From positions 8,468-72,467 of the forward strand of contig DATJGE010000103.1 of assembly GCA_035495295.1 (NCBI GenBank): a DNA stretch of 64,000 bases. Reading direction: 5' to 3'. Made by a program: the position numbers and the translations under genes. Under the pieces are notes generated by a model. That model searched no databases, was not told the origin of the DNA, and was given only the letters and a program-made list of their open reading frames with translations. The DNA is from Nitrospira sp. (GTDB taxonomy: Bacteria > Nitrospirota > Nitrospiria > Nitrospirales > Nitrospiraceae). Positions 10,174-21,765 of the stretch are shown here, in pieces; within the stretch, counting starts at the first letter, position 1; each line of letters begins with the position of its first letter.

Positions 10174-11352
10174 TCAGTCCGTTTGCTTTCTCAAAAACGT
10201 GGGCACATCCCATTCATCATCAGCCACAACCGCCAAGCGTTCAATGGCATCACGTTGGTCGCCGAGCCGGCGTAAGTAGGTCGGCCGGTCGAGATCTTTG
10301 TGCGGCCGATCTGCGACCGCCGCTCCGACCGCATTGGAAGCCGGTTGCGCCGCTCGAACCGTGCGCGCCGCCACACCGACCGGTATGGGCTGCTCATCCC
10401 TTTCGAAGCCCGTCGCAATGACGGTCACGACCAAATCGTCGCCCATGTCGGGGTTGATGACTTGACCGACGATGATATTGGCTTCCGGATCCGCCGCCTG
10501 TTGAATGATGGACGCGGCCTCTTCGATCTCGTGTAAAGACATATTTTGTCCGCCCGTGATATTCAGCAGCACGCCGCGAGCCCCTTCCACGGTGCCTTCT
10601 TCGAGCAGCGGGCTGCAGATCGCCTTTTGGGCCGCCTCAATGGCCCGATTCGTCCCTCGTGACACCCCCATACCCATCACTGCCCGCCCAGTATGGGACA
10701 TCACTGTGCGGACGTCCGCAAAGTCGACGTTCACATGCCCCGTCGTCGTGATCACGTCCGCAATGCCTTGAATCGCCTGACGCAAGACATCGTCCGCGAC
10801 TTTAAACGCCTCGAGCAACGGCGTCGTCTTGTCCACGATGCCGAGCAAGCGTTGGTTGGGGATCACCAAAAGGGTATCGACGTGACGTCTGAGATCTCGA
10901 ATGCCTTCATCGGCATGAGTCATCCGGCGATGGCCTTCGTAGGAAAACGGTTTCGTCACCACGCCGACCGTCAGAATTCCGAGTTCGCGCGCGATGCTGG
11001 CCACGATCGGCGCTGCGCCGGTTCCGGTGCCACCGCCCATACCGGCGGTCACGAAGACCATGTCCGCTCCTTCCAGGCATTCGCGGATCTGATCCTTGCT
11101 TTCCAGCGCCGATTCCTTCCCGATTTCCGGCCTGGCTCCAGCGCCCAATCCCCTAGTTCGCTCCGGACCGAGTTGGACCTTGTACGCGGCACGCGAACGA
11201 TCCAAGGCCTGCAGGTCAGTGTTGGCGGCAATGAAATCGACGCGGGCGAGACCCGATGTAATCATCGTGTTCACGGCATTGCATCCTGCGCCGCCTACGC
11301 CGATCACCTTGATGCGGACCGGCGACAGACAATCTTCTTGGAATGAGAACAT
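10174..11352 (-). CDS. ftsZ: cell division protein FtsZ
   Basis: GGGTGTG tubulin signature, NVDFADV, C-terminal DVPTFLRK. Confidence 0.98.
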   Translation of the reverse strand: MFSFQEDCLSPVRIKVIGVGGAGCNAVNTMITSGLARVDFIAANTDLQALDRSRAAYKVQLGPERTRGLGAGARPEIGKESALESKDQIRECLEGADMVFVTAGMGGGTGTGAAPIVASIARELGILTVGVVTKPFSYEGHRRMTHADEGIRDLRRHVDTLLVIPNQRLLGIVDKTTPLLEAFKVADDVLRQAIQGIADVITTTGHVNVDFADVRTVMSHTGRAVMGMGVSRGTNRAIEAAQKAICSPLLEEGTVEGARGVLLNITGGQNMSLHEIEEAASIIQQAADPEANIIVGQVINPDMGDDLVVTVIATGFERDEQPIPVGVAARTVRAAQPASNAVGAAVADRPHKDLDRPTYLRRLGDQRDAIERLAVVADDEWDVPTFLRKQTD

Positions 11353-11397
11353 CAGGACACCTCCCTTGGCGCGAGGCGGTACCGCGCGCCGGTTAAG

Positions 11398-12633
11398 TTA
11401 GAAAAACTCAAACATCCACGACTTCATTCGATCCAACATCCGGCCGATCGGCCTTCCGCTTCTCAGTCCGGCGGCGGCGGTCTCGTCTGTATGACGCCGC
11501 GCATGCAGCAATAGTCCGACGCCGGTTGCATGCATGGGATTGCTCACGATGTCCCGAAGGCCGCCAATGCCGCCAGGCACTCCACGCCGGGCGGGAAGGT
11601 TCAGCACGTGCTCCGCCGCATCGGGCATTCCTTCCAGCAAGGATGTTCCTCCGGTGACCACCACGCCGGCGCCGAGCATGCCTTCATATCCGGCACGGAT
11701 AATCTCGCGCCGCACGAGTTCGAACATTTCTTCGACGCGCGGCTCTAAGATTTCGGCGATGTCCCGGCGGGAAAACGTTCGCGCCGGCCGATCGCCGACC
11801 GATGGCACTTCGACGGTCTCATGGCCCTGTACAAGATCCGTTCTCGTGACACCATGCTGGAGTTTGATTTTTTCGGCTTCGGTTTGAGAGGTGAGCAACC
11901 CGATGGCGAGGTCCTTCGTCAGGTTCTGTCCCCCGATCGGCAGGACCGCCGAATGCCGGATGCTGCCGTCGAGAAAGATGGCTAAGTCCGTCGTGCCTCC
12001 TCCGAGGTCCACCATGGCCACGCCCAAATCGCGTTCTTCCTGGCTCAGCACGGCCTCGCTGGAGGCCAGCGGCTGCAGAATAATATCCACCACGTCGAGG
12101 CCGGCGCGGTTCACGCTCTTGATGATATTCTGCGCCGAAGTCACGGCTCCTGTGATCACGTGAACATTGACTTCCAGACGATTGCCCGAGAGACCCAACG
12201 GCTCCCGGACGCCTTCCTGTCCATCCACCATGAACTCGCGCGGGAGGACGTGAAGGATGCGGCGCTCATGCGGAATGACGGCGAGGGTCCGGGCGCTCTC
12301 AATGGCCCGCTGAATGTCGTCGCGAGTGACCTCGGCCTTCTTGAGTGCGACCACTCCTTTGCAATTTTCGGCGGAGATGTGGCTGCCGGCGATTCCCGTA
12401 TAGACCGAATTGATTTGCACCGCTGCCATCAGTTCGGCTTCTTCGACCGCCTTCTTGATCGACTCGACCGTGCTTTCGATGTCGACGACCACGCCTTTGC
12501 GAAGGCCACGAGAGGGGCTCGAGCCGACGCCGATGATATTCAGCATGCCGTCCTCGGTCACTTCCGACACGATCGCGCAGATCTTCGTCGTGCCGATATC
12601 CAACCCCACCAGAATTTGTTCCCGCTTCGCCAC
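11398..12633 (-). CDS. ftsA: cell division protein FtsA
   Basis: GLDIGTTK and DLGGGTTD actin-fold motifs; position before ftsZ. Confidence 0.97.
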   Translation of the reverse strand: MAKREQILVGLDIGTTKICAIVSEVTEDGMLNIIGVGSSPSRGLRKGVVVDIESTVESIKKAVEEAELMAAVQINSVYTGIAGSHISAENCKGVVALKKAEVTRDDIQRAIESARTLAVIPHERRILHVLPREFMVDGQEGVREPLGLSGNRLEVNVHVITGAVTSAQNIIKSVNRAGLDVVDIILQPLASSEAVLSQEERDLGVAMVDLGGGTTDLAIFLDGSIRHSAVLPIGGQNLTKDLAIGLLTSQTEAEKIKLQHGVTRTDLVQGHETVEVPSVGDRPARTFSRRDIAEILEPRVEEMFELVRREIIRAGYEGMLGAGVVVTGGTSLLEGMPDAAEHVLNLPARRGVPGGIGGLRDIVSNPMHATGVGLLLHARRHTDETAAAGLRSGRPIGRMLDRMKSWMFEFF

Positions 12634-12637
12634 AGCC

Positions 12638-13507
12638 TCACCCCCTCTCCCGGAGAATCACCCGGTGGTCGTATCGCAGGTCGACGTCCTGTCCTTCCGA
12701 CTTGCGAGCGTCAAATGCCGGCACACGAAAGGCCGCCCTCACGGTCATGAACCGCTCCCATTGCTGCTTGAGCCCTTCGCTTCCGAAATGAAATCGCACG
12801 CCCTTTGCCGAGGCGACGAGGTTTACGGGGTGGCTGACATCCATCTCGATACGGCCGTCCAGTGTTTCCGCCATCGATTTGGCCAATTCAATGGAGGCCT
12901 GCAGCCGCTCTCTTAACCGGAGATCGCCTTGGGTCAACAATTTACCGTCGACGCCCATCAGGAGGGGCAAACTCGTCTGGTCTTGTGCGCCAAGATGGGC
13001 AAGCGGGAAACCTTCATCATCGGTCAAGACGTGGCCAGAGCCGAGGCGCGCAATCGCCGCCGGCTTGCGTTCCACGATCGTCACCCGCAAGCCATGCAAC
13101 GGAAGCCGCTCGACCGTGGCTTCTTTCACCCAGGGATGACTCCGCACGCGTTCGGCGAGATACGCCAGACTCAGTTGATGCTGTGCGACACCCTTCTTCA
13201 AGGCTAATCGGCTGAGGACTTCCTCTTTCGTCACCTGATGGGTGCCCACCACGGACACCTCTCTGATCTCGAGGCCCCGCTGAAGAGCTGGAGCGAGGTG
13301 GCGCATGATGAGAAGCCCCGCCCAACAGACGGCAGCTGTGGCGGCGAGCCATCCGACCAGCCGCAAGATGCTCCGACATCGAGCCACCACCTTCGTCCGC
13401 TGCGCGTGTACGGACTGCTCTCTCGAGTGCAGGGCACGGGCGCCTTTCCACTGATTGCTGCGGTACGCGACAGCCTTCGGGGCTTGCGTGTGAAGCGGGT
13501 TCTTCAT
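12638..13507 (-). CDS. ftsQ: cell division protein FtsQ/DivIB
   Basis: Single TM, POTRA (HPWVKEATVER..P), C-terminal DLRY; lies between ddl and ftsA. Confidence 0.9.
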   Translation of the reverse strand: MKNPLHTQAPKAVAYRSNQWKGARALHSREQSVHAQRTKVVARCRSILRLVGWLAATAAVCWAGLLIMRHLAPALQRGLEIREVSVVGTHQVTKEEVLSRLALKKGVAQHQLSLAYLAERVRSHPWVKEATVERLPLHGLRVTIVERKPAAIARLGSGHVLTDDEGFPLAHLGAQDQTSLPLLMGVDGKLLTQGDLRLRERLQASIELAKSMAETLDGRIEMDVSHPVNLVASAKGVRFHFGSEGLKQQWERFMTVRAAFRVPAFDARKSEGQDVDLRYDHRVILRERG

Positions 13508-14481
13508 CCCGCGTCCCCACTTTTTCTGATTTTCGCGAGCGCCGATTCCAGTATTCGTTCGGTCAGCTCCTCGTAGCCGATGCCTGCCTGGCCGGCTGCC
13601 ATCGGCAACAGGCTTGTCTCAGTCATCCCTGGAGCGGTATTGATCTCGAGTACGTACGGCCGACCTCGAGGAGTAATGCGGAAATCGACGCGAGCCGCGC
13701 CGGCGCACCCCAACAATGAGTAGGCGCGCAAGGCGAGAGTTCGAATCTGCTTGGTGACAGCGGCTGAAAGCGGCGCCGGACACAGATAGCGCGTCTTCCC
13801 CTTGTCGTATTTCGCGGAAAAGTCATAGAACCCGTTGGGCGCCACGATTTCGACCGCCGGAAGGACCAATGGAACATCGTCATGCCGGCCGAGCAGCGAA
13901 ACGGTCACCTCGTGGCCTGGAATGTAGGCTTCAATCATCGCGTCGCGGTCGTACCGATGCGCCAGAGCCAAGGCCTCTTGCCACTGAGATGGTTTTTTTA
14001 CAATCGTGACGCCAATCGTGGATCCTTCGGACGCCGGCTTGACAACGACAGGCCACCGCAGTTTGGCCGAGCGTAAGACCCGGGCGCTCGCCGGGCGTTC
14101 GCCCCGCTTGACGACAAGACCGCCAGGAACGGCAATTCCATTCGCCGCAAGAATCGTTTTCGTTGTCACCTTGTGCATGCCGACTGCGCTCGCGTGGACG
14201 CCAGAGCCGGTGTACGGGATGCCCAGCGTTTCCAGGAATCCCTGGATCGCTCCGTCCTCGCCGCCGGGGCCGTGCAGCGCAAGAAACGCGACCGCAACCT
14301 TCTGGTCGTGTAAGTCGCGGCTCAACGTTGGGCCCACGTCGATGGCAACCGCGTCATATCCGCGTCGGCACAGCGCCCCGTACACGGCGGCACCGGTCCG
14401 GAGCGACACTTCGCGCTCGGATGATTGCCCGCCCATCAGCACCCCAATGCGAGCCGCAGTGAGCAACGGCCTCTCGGTCAT
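13504..14481 (-). CDS. ddl: D-alanine--D-alanine ligase
   Basis: GGQSSEREVS, LHGPGGEDG, YDFSAKY and LEINTAPG motifs. Confidence 0.96.
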   Translation of the reverse strand: MTERPLLTAARIGVLMGGQSSEREVSLRTGAAVYGALCRRGYDAVAIDVGPTLSRDLHDQKVAVAFLALHGPGGEDGAIQGFLETLGIPYTGSGVHASAVGMHKVTTKTILAANGIAVPGGLVVKRGERPASARVLRSAKLRWPVVVKPASEGSTIGVTIVKKPSQWQEALALAHRYDRDAMIEAYIPGHEVTVSLLGRHDDVPLVLPAVEIVAPNGFYDFSAKYDKGKTRYLCPAPLSAAVTKQIRTLALRAYSLLGCAGAARVDFRITPRGRPYVLEINTAPGMTETSLLPMAAGQAGIGYEELTERILESALAKIRKSGDAG

Positions 14482-14484
14482 GTC

Positions 14485-15432
14485 CTATGCCTCACCCACG
14501 ATTTTGAGCTCGAGATCTAGCCGAACACCGGCCTTCTGCTTGATGACCCGCCGCACCTTTTGAATCAAATGGACGACGTCTGCGGCCGTCGCCTGTCCGC
14601 GATTGACGATGAAGTTACCGTGCTTGGTCGATACCTCGGCGTCGCCGATGCGCAGACCTTTCAATCCTGTCGCTTCAAGCAGGCGGCCGGCGGAATCGTT
14701 CGGAGGATTTTTGAAGACACACCCCGCGCTAGGCATCGCAAGCGGCTGAGTGTCCTTTCTATAATGGAGATAGTCTTTGACGATCCTGTCGATCTGCCCG
14801 CGCACGCCTTCCCGCAGTTGAAGCCAGACGCCGACCACCACGCCTTTCGGCAAGCAGGCGCGCCGGTATTGAAACCGGATCGCCGCCGCCGGCAGCTCTC
14901 GGACAACACCATTCATCGTGACAAGTCGGACGGCCTTTACCGCATCCTTCATTTCCCCAAGGCGCGTCCCGGCGTTCATCACAAGACATCCTCCGACCGT
15001 ACCGGGTATACCGGCGGCCCATTCCATACCCGCCAATGACCGGCGTATCGCATATCCAATCAGCGTGGGCATACCCACGCCTCCCTCGGCGTAAAGAACC
15101 GCCCCCGGCTCTTCATGGATTGCGCGGAGCAGAGAAAGACTGACCACGATGCCGCGGATGCCGCCGTCTCTGATAAGGAGATTGGTGCCGCCGACCACAA
15201 ACAATGGAACCTTCGCCGCGCGCGCCTGCATGACGAGCCGCCGCACGTCATCCACATCCGCCGGTTCGACGAGGGCATCGGCAGGCCCGCCGATTTTAAA
15301 GGACGTGTAGGCACGCAGCGCGGCATCGAAGCTGACGCGACCCCGCAGCCCCGCGACGGCCTTTTCCAAGCGCTTCTGGTCGAATCGGGATCCGGCACGG
15401 GGGCCTCTGGTTCGCTGACGAACAACGTTCAT
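14485..15432 (-). CDS. murB: UDP-N-acetylenolpyruvoylglucosamine reductase (ATG 15432 preferred)
   Basis: KIGGPA, GIPGTVGG..MNAG, SAGCVFKNP and HGNFIVN motifs. Confidence 0.95.
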   Translation of the reverse strand: MNVVRQRTRGPRAGSRFDQKRLEKAVAGLRGRVSFDAALRAYTSFKIGGPADALVEPADVDDVRRLVMQARAAKVPLFVVGGTNLLIRDGGIRGIVVSLSLLRAIHEEPGAVLYAEGGVGMPTLIGYAIRRSLAGMEWAAGIPGTVGGCLVMNAGTRLGEMKDAVKAVRLVTMNGVVRELPAAAIRFQYRRACLPKGVVVGVWLQLREGVRGQIDRIVKDYLHYRKDTQPLAMPSAGCVFKNPPNDSAGRLLEATGLKGLRIGDAEVSTKHGNFIVNRGQATAADVVHLIQKVRRVIKQKAGVRLDLELKIVGEA

Positions 15433-15436
15433 CGCC

Positions 15437-16828
15437 TCATGACACGGACGCAAGCCTCGCCAGTAATGCAGGCCCGGTCTTCCAAATGTCTCCTGCCCCC
15501 AAGGTGAGTACCAGGTCACCCGGTTTCAGTTGGGGGAGCACGTCTTCAACGAGCCGGTCTTTGTGTTCAACGAAGGTGATGGGCGGGCGGCCGACACTCC
15601 GAATCGCATCTGCCAATTTGCCGCCCGAGACGCCGGGAATCGGTGCCTCGCTCGCCGCGTAGATCTCCGTGACGAACACATGGTCAGCATCCCGGAACGC
15701 TTGGGAAAATTCCTCGAGCAGATCTCTCGTGCGGGTGTAGCGATGCGGCTGAAAGAGCACAACCAAACGGCGATCGGGCCAACCTTGCTTGGCAGCGGCG
15801 AGCGTTGCCTTGATTTCCGTCGGATGGTGGCCGTAATCGTCAACGATCATGATGCCGTTCGTTTCACCGCGCAGATGAAAACGTCTCTCGACGCCGGTGA
15901 AGGCCGCCAACGCTTTTCGAATCAGGTCAGCCGGAACGTCCAATTCAACGCCGATCGCGATCGCCGCCAGGGCGTTCGACACATTATGGATGCCCGGCAC
16001 CGCTAGCCGGAACGGGCCGAGATTTCTCCCGCGGAAGAACGCACGAAACTCCGACCCTCCCTGTTTCGGCACGATGTCGGTGGCCCGAAAATCGGGGGCG
16101 GCGCCTGCAGGCTCGGACAGACCGTACGTGTAGTAGCGCTTGACAATCTTGGGGAAAAGTCCTCGCAGCCGTTCATCATCGGCGCAGAGCACCGCCAATC
16201 CGTAGAACGGCACTTTGTTGATGAATTCCAGGAAGCTCTCGCAGATCCGTTCCATGCTGCCGTAGTGATCCAAATGCTCGCGATCGAGATTCGTCACCGC
16301 CACGATCGTCGGGGACAGCCTCAAGAATGATCCGTCGCTCTCGTCGGCTTCCGCCACGAGCAGTTCTCCTCTGCCCAGCCGAGCGTGGCTCCCAAGCGCA
16401 TTCACCTTACCGCCAATGACCATCGTTGGATCGAGTCCGCCCTGGGCAAGAATATTGGCGACCATAGAGGTGGTCGTGGTTTTACCGTGCGCACCGGCGA
16501 TCGCAACGCCGAATTTCAGCCGCATCAGTTCGGCAAGCATCTCGGCTCGCGGAATCACCGGAATCTGCTTGTTTTTCGCCGCCAGCACTTCGGGATTGTG
16601 AGACGACACCGCCGAGGAAATGACCACGACCTGCGCCTCGCCGATATTGGATTCCGCATGGCCGATGCAAATGCGTCCGCCCAATTCCTCCAACCGGCGC
16701 GTCGTGTCGGACGCTTGCAGGTCCGAGCCGCTCACTTTGTAGCCGAGCGTCAGCAACACCTCTGCGATACCGCTCATGCCGGCACCGCCGATGCCGACCA
16801 AATGTATGTGCTGCGTCTTGCGAAACAT
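15437..16828 (-). CDS. murC: UDP-N-acetylmuramate--L-alanine ligase (ATG 16828 preferred)
   Basis: [23 protein letters not shown] and DDYGHHPTE motifs. Confidence 0.97.
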   Translation of the reverse strand: MFRKTQHIHLVGIGGAGMSGIAEVLLTLGYKVSGSDLQASDTTRRLEELGGRICIGHAESNIGEAQVVVISSAVSSHNPEVLAAKNKQIPVIPRAEMLAELMRLKFGVAIAGAHGKTTTTSMVANILAQGGLDPTMVIGGKVNALGSHARLGRGELLVAEADESDGSFLRLSPTIVAVTNLDREHLDHYGSMERICESFLEFINKVPFYGLAVLCADDERLRGLFPKIVKRYYTYGLSEPAGAAPDFRATDIVPKQGGSEFRAFFRGRNLGPFRLAVPGIHNVSNALAAIAIGVELDVPADLIRKALAAFTGVERRFHLRGETNGIMIVDDYGHHPTEIKATLAAAKQGWPDRRLVVLFQPHRYTRTRDLLEEFSQAFRDADHVFVTEIYAASEAPIPGVSGGKLADAIRSVGRPPITFVEHKDRLVEDVLPQLKPGDLVLTLGAGDIWKTGPALLARLASVS

Positions 16829-16892
16829 GGATGTGCGCCTCAACCCTCCCGCCGGCTGTGGATGACCGGCATCGTTGCGTTGCCCCGACCCA

Positions 16893-18017
16893 TTAGATTC
16901 CTGCCGCTCCAAGAGACTGGTTGGCATCATGCTGGTCTCCTACGAGTGCATAGCATTCACGGACGATTGCCTCGGCCGCGTCCATTCGTCTCAAACTCAG
17001 GCTTGCAGCACCCATCGCCCGCATCCTCTCGGGATCACCGATAATCGACGCTAGTTGTTGCGCCAGTTTGTCACCGGTTAATTGAGCCTGTGGAATGACC
17101 GCCGCAGCGCCGGCGTCTTCCATGAATTTGGCATTCTTGGCTTGATGATCGTAAATTGCCGTGGGCAATGGGATGAGAACGGCAGGCTTGCCGCAGGCGG
17201 TCAACTCCGCGACGGTCATCGCCCCGGCCCGAGCCACCACGACATCTGCACGATTGATCGCCGCCGGCATGTCATAGAGGAAGGGAACAACCTCCACAGC
17301 TAGGCCGGCCGTCCCGTATGCGTTGCTGACACGGTCATGATCCGATTCGCCGGTTTGATGCGTCACCGTCAGCGACGGGTACTGTTTCAGCAACACCGGC
17401 AACGCTTCCATCGCTGCGCTGTTAATGGCCTTGGCTCCCTGGCTCCCGCCGAAGATGAGCACGTGACAGCGCCCGCCTGGCTTGGTTACCGACGGCGAAG
17501 AAGTCTTCGTCAGGAACTCACGACGGATCGGGGTACCGACGACTCGGACTTTGTCCGGGCGAAACGCCGCCGCCGCCGAAGGAAACGCTAAAAACACGCG
17601 CTGTACGAAGGAGCCGACGGCCTTATTCGCCAGGCCCGGGTGCGCGTTGGGTTCAAGGATGACGCGTGGAACACCCGTCAATGCCGCTGCAAGGACCATC
17701 ATCGGACTCGTATAGCCGCCCACGCCGATCACCAAGTCTGCGCCGCGCTCTCGTAGGATGTTCCGGGATTGCCACAGGCTGACGGGCATGGCACAGAGCC
17801 CGTGGAATACGTCCATCGGTTGTTTGCCCATCACCGGCTTCGCGCTAATGAAGGCCAATTCAAATCCCTCGTGCGCCAAGACCTTCGACTCGAGGCCTCT
17901 GGTCGTGCCGACAAACAGGATCTTCGTCATCGGCTTGCGGCGCATGAATTCCCGCGCCAACGCGATGGCCGGATATAGATGGCCTCCCGTCCCTCCGGCT
18001 GCAATGATAATGGTCAT
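16893..18017 (-). CDS. murG: lipid II GlcNAc transferase
   Basis: GGTGGH, GGSQGA and HQAKNA motifs. Confidence 0.96.
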   Translation of the reverse strand: MTIIIAAGGTGGHLYPAIALAREFMRRKPMTKILFVGTTRGLESKVLAHEGFELAFISAKPVMGKQPMDVFHGLCAMPVSLWQSRNILRERGADLVIGVGGYTSPMMVLAAALTGVPRVILEPNAHPGLANKAVGSFVQRVFLAFPSAAAAFRPDKVRVVGTPIRREFLTKTSSPSVTKPGGRCHVLIFGGSQGAKAINSAAMEALPVLLKQYPSLTVTHQTGESDHDRVSNAYGTAGLAVEVVPFLYDMPAAINRADVVVARAGAMTVAELTACGKPAVLIPLPTAIYDHQAKNAKFMEDAGAAAVIPQAQLTGDKLAQQLASIIGDPERMRAMGAASLSLRRMDAAEAIVRECYALVGDQHDANQSLGAAGI

Positions 18018-19210
18018 CAGCGATCCGACTCACCGCGGCCGCCTTTGGATGCACCGCCATGCCGATCGCGGGAAATGCTCAGCAGCATCCCTACGCCCAC
18101 AAAGCTTACGACCAACGAAGAGCCGCCGTAGCTGACGAAGGGCAATGTCAAACCCTTGGTGGGCAGCAGGCCGGTCACCACAGCCGCGTTCACCAGCGCT
18201 TGTATGCCGATCAACAGCGTAATTCCCATGCCGAGATATTTCCCGAAGGGCATCCGTGCCCGCGACGCAATGTGGAATCCCCGCCAGACAAATAAGGCGA
18301 AGAGCACGACAACGGAAGCCGTACCGGCCAGGCCGAGTTCCTCGCCGACGAGCGCGAGCACAAAATCGGTGTGCGCTTCCGGGAGAAAAAACAGTTTCTG
18401 CTTGCCTTCGCCCAAGCCGACTCCGAACGGCCCGCCGCTGCCGAAGGCAAGAAAGGATTGCGTGATTTGGAAGCCCGCATCCGACGCATCCTTCCACGGC
18501 GCGAGAAACGTCATCAGCCGCTGCCGCCGATAACTGGAGCCGAGCACCAAGACCAGCACCACGGGAATCGCGCATACGGCAAGAGTTACCAGATGTGCAA
18601 GGCGTGCACCGCCCAAATACAGGAGACTGACGCTCACCAACCCCATGACGACGACTGTGCCAAGATCTGGCTCCAGCAGAACGAGCCCGCTCAGAACTCC
18701 AATCAGGATCAACGGCGGCAGCAGTCCGCTCCGAAACCACACGAGCTTGTCCGCCTTTTTGGCCAAGTAGGCCGCGAGGTAAAGCACCGTCACCAGCTTC
18801 ACCATCTCCGCCGGTTGAACCGAGATCGGTCCCCATCGCAACCAGCGTCTCGCTCCCTTGGCCGCTACGCCGAGCGAGGGGACGAGCACCATGATGAGAA
18901 GGACCGTCATGCCGATGAGAATGGGAATCGACAGTTTCTTCCACAGCTGGTAATCGATTCGAGAGGTGACATGCATCAACAAGACGCCGACGCCGAGCCA
19001 GGCGATCTGCCGCTTTAGAAAAAATTCGGGATCCTGAAAACGATTTCCGGCCACGATGGCGCTCGCGCTGAAGACCATCACCAGGCCCACTAAGGCCAGG
19101 GTCAATGCCACAAACAACAGCACATGATCCATTGGCACTTGGGAGGGGGCCGAGCGCTGTCCGCTCGTCGGCCAGGGCAACGACAAGGTTCCTGCAGATC
19201 GTGAGGCCAT
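18017..19210 (-). CDS. ftsW: SEDS peptidoglycan glycosyltransferase FtsW
   Basis: GARRW, QPAE, EPDLG, LPEAHTDF and PFVSYGGSS motifs. Confidence 0.96.
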   Translation of the reverse strand: MASRSAGTLSLPWPTSGQRSAPSQVPMDHVLLFVALTLALVGLVMVFSASAIVAGNRFQDPEFFLKRQIAWLGVGVLLMHVTSRIDYQLWKKLSIPILIGMTVLLIMVLVPSLGVAAKGARRWLRWGPISVQPAEMVKLVTVLYLAAYLAKKADKLVWFRSGLLPPLILIGVLSGLVLLEPDLGTVVVMGLVSVSLLYLGGARLAHLVTLAVCAIPVVLVLVLGSSYRRQRLMTFLAPWKDASDAGFQITQSFLAFGSGGPFGVGLGEGKQKLFFLPEAHTDFVLALVGEELGLAGTASVVVLFALFVWRGFHIASRARMPFGKYLGMGITLLIGIQALVNAAVVTGLLPTKGLTLPFVSYGGSSLVVSFVGVGMLLSISRDRHGGASKGGRGESDR

Positions 19211-19242
19211 TACTCAGCAACACTCCTCCTGCAACAACGGTC

Positions 19243-20661
19243 CTATTCCGGCAGTGACTCCACCGCCGATTTGAATTGACGTCCGCGGTCCTGGTAGTCC
19301 CTAAACATGTCGAAGCTCGCGCAGGCCGGCGACATCAATACGACATCGCCGGCCGCCGCCTCGCGAGCTGCCCACTCAACTGCTTCCCGCAAGGACTTCG
19401 CTTCGCTTATCGTCGTGGCTCCGGCCCACGCGGCCTTCAACAGGGGCGCCGCTTCACCGATCAGAATCGCATGCTTGACGCGGTGACGGACCGTGTCGGT
19501 CAATCGCGAAAAATCCCCGCCTTTGTCCCGCCCGCCCGCGATCAACCAAATTGGCCGGTCAATCCCCTCCAACGCCTTCAGCGTCGCATCCACGTTTGTT
19601 CCCTTGGAATCGTTCACGAAGCGGACGCCCCGCCGATCTCTGACCAATTCCAAAGCATGTTCCAGGCCGGGAAAGGTGGTCACCACTCGGCGGATGATTT
19701 CCGAAGGGCAGCCCCAGAGCGCCGCGTATGTGACGGCAGCCATCACATTTTCGACATTGTGGGCCCCGATGACCTTCAAATCCCCCGTGCGACAAATCTC
19801 CTGGCGCAGCCCTGTCACGGTGGTGACGATGCGATCGCCGTCGAGAAACGTTCCCCCATCGAAGCCGAGCCCGACCTCATGGAGTCTCGAGAAGCCGAGC
19901 CGTTTGGCATGCACCGTACTCATCAGCGATGCGAGCCGCGGGTCGTCAACATTGAACAGCGCGAAATCGTCGGTCGTCTGGTTCTCGAAAATTCGGCGTT
20001 TTGCCGCCAGATATTCCTCGATCGAGTCATATCGGTCCTGATGATCGACGGTGACATTCAGGATCGACGCCACCCAAGGATGAAAGCGGTCGATGGTTTC
20101 CAGTTGGAAACTGGACACTTCGACCGCGAGGTAGTCATACGGCTCGCCCTTCCCCTGCTTTTTGGCCCGCAGCGTTGCCAAGGCGGCTTCACTGAGCGCC
20201 GTCCCAAGGTTGCCACCGACGAATGCGCGCTTTCCGTGCTCCGCCAGCATTTTGCCGATCAAGGTCACCGTGGTGCTCTTTCCATTCGTGCCGGTGACCG
20301 CAAGAATCGGCGCCGAAACATATCCGGCCGCCAACTCGAGCTCGCTGATCACCCTGACTCCTCGTTTTCTCACACGCTCGAGCGCGTCCATTCGATAGGG
20401 AACACCGGGACTAATCACCACGAGATCAGCATGATCCAATGAACGCTCGTACGCCGGGCCCAACGACACGTCGACCTGGGCGCGGTCGACGGACTCGAGG
20501 ACGTTGGCCAATTCTTTTTCGCCTTTGCGGTCGGCGACCGTCACGCGGGCCCCGGCCTCCCTGAGTAATTGGCAGGCGGCGATCCCGCTACGCGCGAGAC
20601 CCAATACCGTGACTTGAGCTCCGGACAAATCCACCCGTTCGGCCTCCATAAGTTCGCTCAT
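19243..20661 (-). CDS. murD: UDP-MurNAc-L-Ala--D-glutamate ligase (ATG 20661 overlaps the mraY stop)
   Basis: [28 protein letters not shown] and SPACASFD motifs. Confidence 0.96.
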   Translation of the reverse strand: MSELMEAERVDLSGAQVTVLGLARSGIAACQLLREAGARVTVADRKGEKELANVLESVDRAQVDVSLGPAYERSLDHADLVVISPGVPYRMDALERVRKRGVRVISELELAAGYVSAPILAVTGTNGKSTTVTLIGKMLAEHGKRAFVGGNLGTALSEAALATLRAKKQGKGEPYDYLAVEVSSFQLETIDRFHPWVASILNVTVDHQDRYDSIEEYLAAKRRIFENQTTDDFALFNVDDPRLASLMSTVHAKRLGFSRLHEVGLGFDGGTFLDGDRIVTTVTGLRQEICRTGDLKVIGAHNVENVMAAVTYAALWGCPSEIIRRVVTTFPGLEHALELVRDRRGVRFVNDSKGTNVDATLKALEGIDRPIWLIAGGRDKGGDFSRLTDTVRHRVKHAILIGEAAPLLKAAWAGATTISEAKSLREAVEWAAREAAAGDVVLMSPACASFDMFRDYQDRGRQFKSAVESLPE

Positions 20662-21734
20662 CGCAACTTCAAGGTGCTCAGACTCAACAACGCCAGGAGA
20701 ATGGCAATGATCCAAAGCCGCACGACAACCTTGGGCTCTTCCCAACCTTTCATCTCAAAATGATGGTGGATCGGGGCCATGAGAAAGATGCGCTTACCGC
20801 GCGACTTGAACGAGGCCACCTGGAAAATGACGGACACCGCCTCGATGACGAAAACGCCGCCAACCATCAACAGCAGCAGCTCGTGCTTGCTGATGACAGC
20901 GACCGTACCGAGAGCGGCCCCCAAAGGCAGCGAACCGACATCCCCCATGAAGACCGACGCCGGATATGTGTTGAACCAGAGGAATCCCAAGCTCGAACCA
21001 AGGATCGCAGCCGTAAACACCGCAATCTCTCCGGCGCCTTCAATATGAGGGATCAGGAGATAATCGGACATGATTCGATGGCCGGCAACGTACGCCACGA
21101 TGGTGTAAGCAAGGGCGGCGATCATGATCGGTCCGATCGCCAACCCATCGAGCCCATCGGTCAGGTTCACGGCGTTGGAACTCCCGACAATGACCAGCAC
21201 CACGAAGACCACGTAGAACCAACCGAGGTCGGGCGTGAAATTCTTAAAGAACGGCACATTGAGCTTGGTCGAATAGCTTGGAAGAAAATAGAGCGCAAGC
21301 GCGATCAGCAAGGCGACACCGAACTGCGCGGCGAACTTTTGCGCCGGAGAAAGGCCCTTCGACCGCGACTTGATGAACTTCAGATAATCATCTGCGAATC
21401 CGATCGCGCCGAAACCCAGGGTCGTGATGATGACCAGCCAGACATACGGTTTGGTCATGTCTGCCCAGAGGACCGTGGAAAGCAGGACGGCAAAGATGAT
21501 GAGCAGCCCGCCCATCGTGGGCGTTCCGCTCTTTGCGAGATGATGCTTCGGGCCGTCGTCTCGGATTTGCTGACCGAGCTTGATTTCCTGCAGTTTGCGG
21601 ATGAGCCAGGGCGTCAGCACAAAGGCGATCAGGAAAGCGGTGACGGCAGCATAAATGATGCGAAAGCTCAGATACCTGAAGACGTTAAGAAAGCCGTATT
21701 CAGTGTGGAGCGGATACAACCAGTTATACAGCAT
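20658..21734 (-). CDS. mraY: phospho-MurNAc-pentapeptide transferase
   Basis: [27 protein letters not shown] and APIHHHFE motifs. Confidence 0.98.
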   Translation of the reverse strand: MLYNWLYPLHTEYGFLNVFRYLSFRIIYAAVTAFLIAFVLTPWLIRKLQEIKLGQQIRDDGPKHHLAKSGTPTMGGLLIIFAVLLSTVLWADMTKPYVWLVIITTLGFGAIGFADDYLKFIKSRSKGLSPAQKFAAQFGVALLIALALYFLPSYSTKLNVPFFKNFTPDLGWFYVVFVVLVIVGSSNAVNLTDGLDGLAIGPIMIAALAYTIVAYVAGHRIMSDYLLIPHIEGAGEIAVFTAAILGSSLGFLWFNTYPASVFMGDVGSLPLGAALGTVAVISKHELLLLMVGGVFVIEAVSVIFQVASFKSRGKRIFLMAPIHHHFEMKGWEEPKVVVRLWIIAILLALLSLSTLKLR

Positions 21735-21765
21735 GCTCCGTTCCGCTTCTAATCCGTCACGGATG

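Noticed and set aside
18030-19223. 397-aa alternative-frame ORF overlapping ftsW on the same strand
   Set aside because: Arg/Gly/Ala-rich with no motifs. Best explained as a stop-poor shadow frame of a GC-rich membrane-protein gene.
19276-20442. Long antisense ORFs (also 2140..3087, 20760..21752, 43793..44698, 59795..60829)
   Set aside because: They mirror well-supported genes on the opposite strand, a typical GC3 codon-bias artefact.
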